DNA of 32,000 bases from Haloferax volcanii DS2 (GTDB lineage: Archaea; Halobacteriota; Halobacteria; Halobacteriales; Haloferacaceae). This document shows, piece after piece, positions 17,527-25,151 of this stretch (position 1 is the stretch's first letter; each line of letters opens with the position of its first letter). The stretch is taken from positions 2,460,001 to 2,492,000 of the forward strand of contig NC_013967.1 in NCBI RefSeq assembly GCF_000025685.1, given 5' to 3'. The notes below the pieces were generated by a model. That model had not been told where the DNA came from. It worked only from the letters and a program-made list of their open reading frames with translations, and ran no database searches. A program made the position numbers and the translations under genes.

Positions 17527-17600
17527 GGTGCGCAGACTTTCTTTCAAGATTCTAGTTGTGCAAATATTGATGCCATCGCGGTCCTTCATGATAATCGCAG

Positions 17601-18359
17601 ATGTCGTCCCTCTCCCGACGAACGATGCTGAAGAGCCTCGGCGCGACCGGCCTCCTGCTCGCAGGCGGCGGGACGACCGCGGCGGCACGCTCCGGTGGCG
17701 TCGCCGCGGGTGATGCGCGGTTCCGAGTCGGCCACTTCTCGCCCGACGCGCCCCCCGTAGACGTGTACGTAAACGGCGACCCCTTCCCCGGCTTGCAGGG
17801 CGTCCCGTTCGGCGCGCTCTCCGACTACTTCACCGTCCCCGCGGGGACGTATCAGGTCGAGGTGACGCCCGCGGGCGACGCCTCGACGGTGGTCATCGAC
17901 GCCGGGGTCACGTTCCGGCGCAACCGCGATTACACCGTCGCGGCGACGGACGTGCTCGACGCTATCACGCCCGTCGTGCTCACGGACACGAACCGCCCGG
18001 CACCGTACGGCAAGGCCAGCGTCCGCGTCGTGCACTTCTCGCCCGACGCGCCCGAGGTCGACATCGTCGTCAAAGACGGCCCGACGCTGTTCTCGGGACT
18101 GGCGTTCGGTGACGTTTCGCAGTACGAGACGGTGCCCGCCGGGACGTACGACCTCCAGGTCGTCCTGTCGTCGAACGGGGCGGTCGTGCTCGACCTCCCC
18201 GGGACGACGCTCCCCGGCGGCCGGACCATCTCGGTGTTCGCCATCGGGTTCGCCACCGGCGGGTCGCCCGGCTTCAGCGTTCTGCCCGTGGTGGACGCCG
18301 TCTCGCCCGCTCGCAAGCCCAAGCCACCGTCCGGCGGCGACGTCTGTCGCGTGGGCTGA
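17601..18359 (+). CDS. Tat-secreted protein with two DUF4397-type repeats
   Basis: Twin-arginine signal 'SRRTMLKSLGATGLLLAGG'. Two internal repeats: 'FRVGHFSPDAPPVDVYVNG...VPAGTYQVEV' and 'VRVVHFSPDAPEVDIVVKDG...VPAGTYDLQV'. Confidence 0.8.
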   Translation: MSSLSRRTMLKSLGATGLLLAGGGTTAAARSGGVAAGDARFRVGHFSPDAPPVDVYVNGDPFPGLQGVPFGALSDYFTVPAGTYQVEVTPAGDASTVVIDAGVTFRRNRDYTVAATDVLDAITPVVLTDTNRPAPYGKASVRVVHFSPDAPEVDIVVKDGPTLFSGLAFGDVSQYETVPAGTYDLQVVLSSNGAVVLDLPGTTLPGGRTISVFAIGFATGGSPGFSVLPVVDAVSPARKPKPPSGGDVCRVG

Positions 18360-18447
18360 GTCGATACCGGTCGCCGCCCGCCGCGAGAGTCGAAACCGGC
18401 CGACAGCGGCGGGTGACTCCGGCCCGCGTTGCCATGGTCGAAACCCC

Positions 18448-18454
18448 CTTTTGG
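18448..18454 (+). promoter_or_regulatory. TATA-like element (CTTTTGG) for the GHMP-family gene
   Basis: Centred 27 nt upstream of ATG 18478. Confidence 0.45.
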
Positions 18455-18477
18455 CGTCCCCGCCGATAGCCGGTGAC

Positions 18478-19440
18478 ATGGTCCGGGTCTCGACCGGCGC
18501 GCGCATCCACTTCGGCTTCCTCAATCTGAGCCTCGCCCGCGACCGCCTCTACGGCGGCGTGGGCGTCGCGCTCGACGAGCCGCGGGTGGTCGTCGCCGCC
18601 GAGCCCGCGTCCGAGGTTCGGTGTCGGCATCCCGCCGCCCGCGAGTACGCCGAGCAGGCGGTCGAACTTCTCGGCGTCGAGGGCGTCGACGTATCGGTCG
18701 AGCGTACCCTGCCGCGACACGCCGGCCTCGGCAGCGGGACGCAGCTCGCGCTCGCGGTGTTGCGGTCGGTCGCGGCCGCCACCGACCGCGAGGCCGACGT
18801 ACGCCGACTCGCCCCCGAGATGGGTCGCGGCGGGCGCTCCGGAGTCGGCGTCGCCACGTTCGAAGCCGGCGGGGCCGTCCTCGACGCGGGCCACCCGACC
18901 GCGCGCTTCACCACCGACAGACCGGAAGACGGCTCGTGGTCGGTGCCGACGGTCGCCGCCCGACACGAGGTGCCCGACCGCTGGCGGTTCCTGCTCGTCG
19001 TCCCCGACGCCGACCCCGGCCGCAACGGCGCGGCCGAGGAGTCGAGCATGCGCTCCGTCGTCGAGCGCGCGGACGCCCAGACCGGCGACCGAATCGCCGG
19101 CATCGTCACCCGGCGGCTCCTCCCGGCGCTCGCCGAGGGGTCCGCCGAGCGCTTCGGCGAGGCCGTCGAGTCCGTCGGCCGGCTCAACGGGACGTGGTAC
19201 GCCGACGAGCAAGGCGGCGTCTACCGGCCGCCGGTCGGCGCGCTCGTCTCGTCGCTGTCGGAGTCGCCCGTCGTCTACGGCGCGGGCCAGTCGTCGTGGG
19301 GGCCGACCGTCTACGGCGTGACCGACGCCGACCACGTCGACGAGGCGGTCGAGGCGGGCCGCGCCGCGCTGTCCGACGCCGACATCGAGGGCACCGTCTC
19401 GGTCGCCCGCGGGCGGAACCGCGGCGCGAGCGTCGAGTGA
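18478..19440 (+). CDS. Beta-ribofuranosylaminobenzene 5'-phosphate (RFAP) synthase-family protein (GHMP-kinase fold)
   Basis: 'RIHFGFLNLS', GHMP motif 'HAGLGSGTQLALAV', 'GRGGRSGVGVATFEAGG', 'GAGQSSWGPTVYG'. Start trimmed from 18109 to ATG 18478. Confidence 0.75.
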   Translation: MVRVSTGARIHFGFLNLSLARDRLYGGVGVALDEPRVVVAAEPASEVRCRHPAAREYAEQAVELLGVEGVDVSVERTLPRHAGLGSGTQLALAVLRSVAAATDREADVRRLAPEMGRGGRSGVGVATFEAGGAVLDAGHPTARFTTDRPEDGSWSVPTVAARHEVPDRWRFLLVVPDADPGRNGAAEESSMRSVVERADAQTGDRIAGIVTRRLLPALAEGSAERFGEAVESVGRLNGTWYADEQGGVYRPPVGALVSSLSESPVVYGAGQSSWGPTVYGVTDADHVDEAVEAGRAALSDADIEGTVSVARGRNRGASVE

Positions 19441-19526
19441 CGGGGCGGCGCGACAGGCGGCAGGGCGGCGGCATCCGGGTCGCGCTCCCCGAAACGCCTA
19501 ACCGACGCGGCCGAGTCGGGTTCGGT

Positions 19527-20363
19527 ATGTCTCAAATCCCCTTCGGCGTCCCCCGCCTCGACAGCATCATCGGCGGCGGCGCACCCCCGGGGAACGTCGT
19601 GCTCCTCGCGGGGGAGTCCGGCGCGGGCGCTCGGGAGTTCCTCTACACGAGCGCGACGATGAACGCCCTCTCGCACACCGACGCAGAGCTGTTCGACCTC
19701 CACTACGGCTCGCTCGCGGACACCGCGACGCCGCCGCCGGAGATTCACTACGTCTCGTTTACCGCCGGCGAGGAGTACCTGCGCCGCGAGATGGGCTACA
19801 CGATGGACGACGAGGTCGTCGAGTCCGCGGTCGAACACATCGAGTTTCACGACCTCTCGCCGGAGTACTTCCAGCTCAGCCCGATTCCGCGCGAGTGGTA
19901 TCTCGGCCAGCCGACGAAGTTAGAGGACCTCGGCCACCGACACAACCGCGAATCCGTGTTGGGCGCGCTGGGGAGCACTCTGAGCGAACACGCCGCCGGC
20001 AACCTCGTCGTCATCGACTCCCTGACCGACCTCGTGGCGGGCCAGTCCGACGAGATGACGTGGTCGGACATCGCCATGGTCATCAAGGGGCTGGAGAAGG
20101 CCTCCTACCAGTGGGGCGGGCTCATCCTCGTGCTCGTGAGCACCGAAGCGCTCTCGAAGACCGAACTCGGCGTCCTCAAGGGCGCGACCGGCGGGACGCT
20201 GCTGTTCGAGTGGGAGTCCGGCGGGTCGAAGCGCGCGCGGACGATGGTCGTCCAAGAGTTCCGCGGCGTGCTCGCCCGACTGGAGAGCGAGAACATCGTG
20301 CAGTTCGAGACCGAAATCAACGAAAGCGGCCTCGACGTGAGCGACGTGCGGAAGATTCGCTGA
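19527..20363 (+). CDS. KaiC/RecA-superfamily single-domain protein with degenerate Walker A
   Basis: 'IPFGVPRLDSIIGGGAPPGNVVLLAGESGAGAREF' is the KaiC/RadA-like entry motif, but GK[ST] is replaced by G-A-R. Walker B-like 'NLVVIDSLTDL' is retained. Start trimmed from 18621 to ATG 19527. Confidence 0.8.
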   Translation: MSQIPFGVPRLDSIIGGGAPPGNVVLLAGESGAGAREFLYTSATMNALSHTDAELFDLHYGSLADTATPPPEIHYVSFTAGEEYLRREMGYTMDDEVVESAVEHIEFHDLSPEYFQLSPIPREWYLGQPTKLEDLGHRHNRESVLGALGSTLSEHAAGNLVVIDSLTDLVAGQSDEMTWSDIAMVIKGLEKASYQWGGLILVLVSTEALSKTELGVLKGATGGTLLFEWESGGSKRARTMVVQEFRGVLARLESENIVQFETEINESGLDVSDVRKIR

Positions 20364-20447
20364 GCGACCCGCCGCGACGGGGACGCGATGAACTGTCGAG
20401 AATTCGGGGATAGTTCTTAAGTCCACAGGGACAAAGAGGGGACGAAG

Positions 20448-21356
20448 ATGCAAGGGGAAGACCGGGCGTCGCTCCCAGACGACCTCCGCACGTGGGTCGA
20501 AGCGCGCGCCGACGAGGAGGGCGTCGACCCGGAGACGGTGCTCGCGCGGGCCCTCGGGACCTACCGGCTCGCCGTGAGCGACGCGGGCGAATCGCTCGAC
20601 GGCGACGCGACGGTCCCCGAACGCCTCGACGGGGTCGAAGGTCGCGTCGAGGCGCTCGAAGGCGAACTGGACGAGAAAATATCCGACGTGCGGACGCGCG
20701 TCGTGCAGGTCAAACGCGAGACCGACGAGAAAGCGCCGCGCGACCACGCGCACCCGGAGTTGGACGCCGAACTCGACCGACTGGCCGACGACGTGCACGC
20801 GACCCGAAACCGCATGGCCGACCTCGACGAGCGGGTCGACGCCGGCTTCGAGAACTTCGAGGAGATTCTCACCTATCTCGACGAGACGACCGCGACGGTC
20901 GACGAGAACCTTCGGACGGTCGCGCGGACGCTGTTGGACCTCCGCGCGAGGGCGGCGGACCTCGAAGCCGCCGAGCGCGAACGGACGGCGCTCTCGGAGC
21001 TCCTCCGGACTGCGAACGCGACCGGAGAGAAGAAAGCCCGGTGCGAAGACTGCGGCGAGACCGTCCACCTGGACCTGCTCTCCGAGCCCCGGTGTCCGTC
21101 GTGTCGGACCCCCTTCCGCGACCTGTCGTCGTCGCCCGGCTTCTTCGGCTCGGCGACGCTCCACACCGGTCGCCCCCCCGCGCTGGAGTCGGCCGATTCG
21201 GCCCGCGCGACCGACGCGGTCGAAGACCTGCTCGACGAGGCGCCCACCGGCGTGGTCGACGACGCGACCGACGGCGACGACGACCGATACGCCTCCCGGG
21301 AGGAGGAGTCGGCTCAGCAGGGTGCCGCGGCGGGGAGCGAACACGGCGACGACTGA
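20448..21356 (+). CDS. Hypothetical protein: RHH-like N-terminus, long coiled coil, CxxC-x13-CxxC zinc ribbon, acidic tail
   Basis: 302-aa acidic ORF. 'ASLPDDLRTWVEARADEEGVDPETVLARAL' has a strand-helix-helix look (inference). Heptad-rich centre. Zinc ribbon encoded at 21040-21102. Confidence 0.7.
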   Translation: MQGEDRASLPDDLRTWVEARADEEGVDPETVLARALGTYRLAVSDAGESLDGDATVPERLDGVEGRVEALEGELDEKISDVRTRVVQVKRETDEKAPRDHAHPELDAELDRLADDVHATRNRMADLDERVDAGFENFEEILTYLDETTATVDENLRTVARTLLDLRARAADLEAAERERTALSELLRTANATGEKKARCEDCGETVHLDLLSEPRCPSCRTPFRDLSSSPGFFGSATLHTGRPPALESADSARATDAVEDLLDEAPTGVVDDATDGDDDRYASREEESAQQGAAAGSEHGDD

Positions 21357-21371
21357 AGACTCACGAGGACG

Positions 21372-21917
21372 ATGACCGACGACAACTCAACAGACGACGC
21401 GGCGGAGGGCGAGCCATCCGTCTCCGGCGACCGCGACGACTCATTCGGACGCGCCGACCCGGGAGACGACAGCGCCGAAGCCGTCCGCGCCCCGGACGGA
21501 AGCCGCGACGGGCGAAGCGACGACGCCGACTCGGCCCCGCTTTCGGACCTCGCCGGACGCGTGGCCGAACGCCGCGCTCGCTCGCGCGTCACCGACCAGC
21601 GCGACGAGACGGACGAACTCTTCGAGTCGGTCGAAATCGGAGAACTCGACCGCGACGACGTGTGGACGTCGCTCGTCGAGGGCGGCGACGACGTGGAGGC
21701 GGAGGGCGTCGGCGTCGGAGCCGAGGCCACCCCGGTCGACGACGGCGAGGGCGTCGCGGACCACGTCGTTCCGAAAAGCGAGTTCTGTCAGCGCTGCGAG
21801 CACTTCGCCGCGCCGCCGGAACTCGCGTGCCACCACGAGGGGACGACTATCGTCGGACTCGAAGACAGCGACCACTTCCGGGTGCGGAACTGCCCGATGG
21901 TCGAGAAAGACGACTGA
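21372..21917 (+). CDS. Hypothetical highly acidic protein with C-terminal Cys/His motif
   Basis: 181 aa, starting 15 nt after the upstream stop with GAGG 8 nt before the ATG. C-terminus 'CQRCEHFAAPPELACHH...NCPMVEKDD' is a possible metal site. No recognised family. Confidence 0.65.
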   Translation: MTDDNSTDDAAEGEPSVSGDRDDSFGRADPGDDSAEAVRAPDGSRDGRSDDADSAPLSDLAGRVAERRARSRVTDQRDETDELFESVEIGELDRDDVWTSLVEGGDDVEAEGVGVGAEATPVDDGEGVADHVVPKSEFCQRCEHFAAPPELACHHEGTTIVGLEDSDHFRVRNCPMVEKDD

Positions 21918-22001
21918 CGGCGGTCGCGCGGCGGGCCAGTTCTGATTCTCCCGACGGCGCGGAGTGACAGCTTCTTTGCCCTCGGTCCGCTACCGGCGGG
22001 T

Positions 22002-22331
22002 ATGCAGTTCTGCGACGAGTGCGGTTCGATGATGGTGAGCCAGAACGGCGCGATGACCTGCACGAACGACGACTGCGGGGGCACCGCCGAGCGCGACGAA
22101 GAACTCGCGGCGGAGTTCGTCTCCACCGAGGCGCAGTCGGGCGACGAACTCATCGAGACCGAAGAGGGCGCTGAGTTCGAGGGCAAGCCGACCGCGAAAG
22201 ACGTTCACTGCGACGACTGCGGCCACACGAAGGCGTGGTACACCATCAAGCAGACCGGGTCGGCCGACGAACCGCCGACGCGATTCTTTAAATGTCAGGA
22301 GTGCGGGTATCGGTGGCGGGAGTACAACTAG
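22002..22331 (+). CDS. tfs: Transcription factor S (TFS; RNA polymerase subunit M-like cleavage factor)
   Basis: N-terminal zinc ribbon 'CDECGSMM...CTNDDCG'. C-terminal ribbon 'CDDCGHTKAWY...TGSADEPPTRFFKCQECGYRW' contains the acidic DE loop typical of TFS/TFIIS domain III. Confidence 0.92.
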   Translation: MQFCDECGSMMVSQNGAMTCTNDDCGGTAERDEELAAEFVSTEAQSGDELIETEEGAEFEGKPTAKDVHCDDCGHTKAWYTIKQTGSADEPPTRFFKCQECGYRWREYN

Positions 22332-22423
22332 ATACGCACTTGAACTGCTGATCTCGGTAGGTTCTGATTTAGAGGATGTCTCGTCTTTTCTGTCTGCTTG
22401 TGAGTCTTGCTAGATATGGATAC

Positions 22424-22433
22424 AATTTAAATT
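22424..22433 (+). promoter_or_regulatory. Palindromic TATA-like element AATTTAAATT inside the island
   Basis: Centred about 28 nt upstream of ATG 22457, the same spacing as the native leaderless genes in this window. Because the island is AT-rich, a chance occurrence is more likely here than elsewhere. Confidence 0.4.
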
Positions 22434-22456
22434 GCTACCGTGATGACACAACACAG

Positions 22457-22594
22457 ATGTCGTTCCATGAGTTCGTTGGAGTCGGGCTTTCAATAATTGC
22501 GGTTATAATCTCGATACATACTAAATATCAGCAACGACAGAAAGATAAACTGAGAAAGTTAGCGAATAAGATGAAAAAGTGCAGGATAGCCTAG
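22457..22594 (+). CDS. 45-aa single-TM peptide, or the N-terminal anchor of the downstream ORF
   Basis: MSFHEFVGVGLSIIAVIISIHTKYQQRQKDKLRKLANKMKKCRIA has one hydrophobic helix followed by a Lys/Arg/Gln-rich stretch. The ORF-track start 22376 lies upstream of the TATA-like element, so I prefer 22457. Confidence 0.5.
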   Translation: MSFHEFVGVGLSIIAVIISIHTKYQQRQKDKLRKLANKMKKCRIA

Positions 22595-23208
22595 AAAACA
22601 TCGAGAGAGAACTGACCAATCCTCGTACACATGAGGATATCGAGTTGCGCCTTATTGAGATTCCAAGAGAGATATTTGCTTGTAAACATGAGCTTGGAAA
22701 AGATAAGATTTCTATATTCACAAAAATAGTAACCGGACATATAAGTGATTCAAATGAAGTATCAGATCCAGAACAGTTGTCAAATAAAATTCGAGAGAAT
22801 GAGCCGTATCTCGTAGAAGTGAAAATTGGAGATCGAGATGAGTTGTACGTTGCTGATCGGTCTTTTATGATTGATGACCCATTTCGAGATGCATCTGGAA
22901 TCCTCGCAGAACTGTCGGATATTGAAGATGAGTTTGGCGCAACAGTTAACGAATTCAACGATTCACTAATTCCAGACTTGAAGTCACAACTGGAATTGGT
23001 CATTCAACGACACTCTGAACAGATTATCCACAATGATGAGTTTTCCATACAAACATCTCAGGATAAATCGACCGAAGAGATAGGAACCGCTGTTTTTGAA
23101 CGTATCTTTCACTATAATAGAATAGACGAGGATTTAGAAGATTTGAGGAAAGTTCGTGAAGAAATAGATAACCTTCGGACGACAATATTACAGACAAGCT
23201 ACTCGTAA
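22579..23208 (+). CDS. Orphan acidic protein (209 aa), no recognised family
   Basis: A 630-nt open frame in ~35% GC DNA, where stops are expected about every 14 codons. D/E-rich, mostly helical-looking. GTG start at 22579; the frame is closed by TAA at 22567-22569. It overlaps the upstream ORF by 16 nt in the -1 frame. Confidence 0.7.
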   Translation: MQDSLENIERELTNPRTHEDIELRLIEIPREIFACKHELGKDKISIFTKIVTGHISDSNEVSDPEQLSNKIRENEPYLVEVKIGDRDELYVADRSFMIDDPFRDASGILAELSDIEDEFGATVNEFNDSLIPDLKSQLELVIQRHSEQIIHNDEFSIQTSQDKSTEEIGTAVFERIFHYNRIDEDLEDLRKVREEIDNLRTTILQTSYS

Positions 23209-23246
23209 AGAGACTTATTAACGCTCCTAACTCTCAAAGAGCCGAA

Positions 23247-24332
23247 TCACCTCTCACCCAACTCCTCGGCCGTCACCGCACCCGGCCCCTCCTCACGCTC
23301 GTCTTCCGAATCGCTCGCGAGCGCGTAGCCGTAGGGGACGAGCAACAGGCTCCCGAACCAGCCGACGACGAGTCCGAGCGTGCCGAAAATCGTCCCGACG
23401 ATGCCGATTGCGACGGCGTCGGCCGCGACGACGACGGCGGCGAGCGCGACGCTCCAGCCGACGAGCGACTTCCACGACCCGCGACGGATGCAGAAGCCGG
23501 CGAACAGGCCGAAGGCGGTCACGACGCCGATGCCGGGGATGAGGACGTAGCGCATGCCGAGCGACCCCGTGTTGGTGAGCGTCGTCCCCAGCCACATGGC
23601 GACGAGCGTGCCGGGGACGACCAGGACGGCGGTTCGGCGGTCCAGCGGGCGGGCGCGGCGTCGAAGCCGGAACGCGCCGAGGAGGCCGAGGCCCGCGACG
23701 GTGTACGCCCAGCCGATGGGGTTGAACAGGAAGCCGCCGATGAGGGCGAGGAAGTTCCCGAGAATCTCGCCTTCATTCGCGGGATAGACGAGATAGTGCG
23801 CGTCGCCGCGCTCGTAGAGCCCCGGCACGACGAAGGTGCTGTTGGTGACGGTGCCGCCGTCGATGGCCTCGCGCACGTCGGCGCTGGCGTTCGCGGCGGG
23901 CGACGACGCCCCGGCGGCGACGGTCTCCCAGTCGGTCGGGTCGAGTTCGATGGTCGCGCGAACCGGGTCGCCCGAGACGTTCAGCGAGAACCGATAGTAC
24001 CGGCCGTCGTAGACCGCGAACGCGGCGTCTTCGTTCACGTCCGAGAGAGTCATGTACGCCTCGGGTTCGATGTCGCCGTCGTACCGGCCGGTGCGGGCGG
24101 CGGTGGCGACCGGCTCGCGGAGCTGCGGCGTCTCGTTCGCCGCCTCATCGAGGTTGACCACGTCGGGGTCGTAGGAGGCGACGCGGCCGGGCGGCGAGTC
24201 GGCGGTCACTTCCTCGGCTTCGTACGTCGATTCGAGCGACGAGGTCGAGGTCGCGACGGCGAACGACTGACTCAGCGCGACGCCGACGAGGAGAAGGGCG
24301 ACGACGGCGGCGAGTCGCTTGCGAGGGACCAT
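23247..24332 (-). CDS. Hypothetical membrane protein (N-terminal signal/anchor, ~180-aa external domain, C-terminal multi-TM bundle)
   Basis: 361-aa ORF with ATG 24332. 'RLAAVVALLLVGVALSQSFA' is the anchor. Five or so hydrophobic helices occupy the last 170 aa, followed by an acidic tail. Confidence 0.75.
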   Translation of the reverse strand: MVPRKRLAAVVALLLVGVALSQSFAVATSTSSLESTYEAEEVTADSPPGRVASYDPDVVNLDEAANETPQLREPVATAARTGRYDGDIEPEAYMTLSDVNEDAAFAVYDGRYYRFSLNVSGDPVRATIELDPTDWETVAAGASSPAANASADVREAIDGGTVTNSTFVVPGLYERGDAHYLVYPANEGEILGNFLALIGGFLFNPIGWAYTVAGLGLLGAFRLRRRARPLDRRTAVLVVPGTLVAMWLGTTLTNTGSLGMRYVLIPGIGVVTAFGLFAGFCIRRGSWKSLVGWSVALAAVVVAADAVAIGIVGTIFGTLGLVVGWFGSLLLVPYGYALASDSEDEREEGPGAVTAEELGER

Positions 24333-24353
24333 AATCCCGGCTTCGGAGTCGAA

Positions 24354-24361
24354 CCAAAAAT
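24354..24361 (-). promoter_or_regulatory. TATA-like element (ATTTTTGG on minus strand) for the 24332 gene
   Basis: Centred about 26 nt upstream of ATG 24332. Confidence 0.45.
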
Positions 24362-24440
24362 GTCGTTCGGTCGAATTTTCGTCGGGCGGTTCGTCGCAGG
24401 TCGCTGACGGCGGCGGCGACCCGGTCGCTCGCTTCGGTTC

Positions 24441-25097
24441 TCACTCGACGCCGAGGTTCGATACGAGGAAGTCAGCGACGGCGGCCGCGACCTTGTCCTC
24501 CTGCCCGACGAAGAAGTGGTCGGCCGCGAACTCGACGACCGGCTGGTGGTACTCCCGGGCGCGCTCGACGACGGGCTTCCAGTCAGCGATGTCGTCGCGG
24601 GTGCCGTAGACGACCTGCACGGGGACGGGGATGCGGTCGAAGGCGGCGACCGCGTCGAGGTCGTCGGCGAGTCGCCCGGCGGGGCCGAGCGCGGAGACGG
24701 CTCCCACGTCAGCACCCTCGGCGGCCGCGAGGAGCGCCATCGCGCCGCCGAACGAGAAGCCGAACAGGCCCACGCGGTCGTAGCGCTCCGCGGCCCACTC
24801 GACCGCCCGAAGGGCGTCGGCGCGCTCGCCGTAGCCCTCGTCCCACGCGCCGTAGTCGAACCGGAGGCAGTCCACGCCGCGGGCGGTGAGCGCGTCGCTG
24901 ACGGCGACGAGGCGGGCGTCGCCGCGGTGACCCTGCTGTTGCGGATGGGGCGGGCAGGCGATGACGACCGCGTCGCGTCCGGCCGCCGCGTCGTCGGTGT
25001 CGTCAGTCTCGTCCGCGTCGTCGATACCGTCGCCGCGGGCGGGGTCGAGGGTCGCTCGCACGTCGCGGCCGCCGGGCACGAGAATCGTCTCGGTCAT
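24441..25097 (-). CDS. Alpha/beta-fold hydrolase
   Basis: Nucleophile elbow 'GLFGFSFGG', then 'YGTRDD' (Asp) and 'ADHFF' (His) in the canonical order. 218 aa. Confidence 0.8.
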   Translation of the reverse strand: MTETILVPGGRDVRATLDPARGDGIDDADETDDTDDAAAGRDAVVIACPPHPQQQGHRGDARLVAVSDALTARGVDCLRFDYGAWDEGYGERADALRAVEWAAERYDRVGLFGFSFGGAMALLAAAEGADVGAVSALGPAGRLADDLDAVAAFDRIPVPVQVVYGTRDDIADWKPVVERAREYHQPVVEFAADHFFVGQEDKVAAAVADFLVSNLGVE

Positions 25098-25119
25098 AGG
25101 GACAGGTTGCGCTGGTGAG

Positions 25120-25127
25120 GTTTTAAG
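25120..25127 (+). promoter_or_regulatory. TATA-like element (GTTTTAAG) for pspA
   Basis: Centred about 28 nt upstream of ATG 25152. Confidence 0.5.
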
Positions 25128-25151
25128 CCGAACGTCGCGTAGTAATGGAGT

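Larger units (their letters stand above)
22332..23246. other. Low-GC island (about 30-40% GC versus about 65-70% flanks), probable horizontally acquired insert
   Basis: Hand counts give 18 G+C in 22681-22740 and 23 G+C in 22921-22980. The composition changes exactly at the tfs stop and at the stop of the convergent gene. No integrase, tRNA or terminal repeats seen. Confidence 0.85.

Noticed and set aside
22376-22456. Upstream extension of the island peptide ORF (start at ATG 22376, 72 aa)
   Set aside because: The only TATA-like element with correct spacing (22424-22433) lies inside this extension and points to ATG 22457. The extension (MSRLFCLLVSLARYGYNLNCYRDDTTQ) is Cys/Tyr-rich and not halophile-like. 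Retained only as an alternative.
22521-23003. 160-aa minus-strand ORF inside the low-GC island
   Set aside because: It is nested antisense within the longer 209-aa frame. The product is about a quarter serine with scattered Cys and no hydrophobic periodicity, whereas the sense product is acidic and helical like a real halophile protein. It cannot be fully excluded without expression data.
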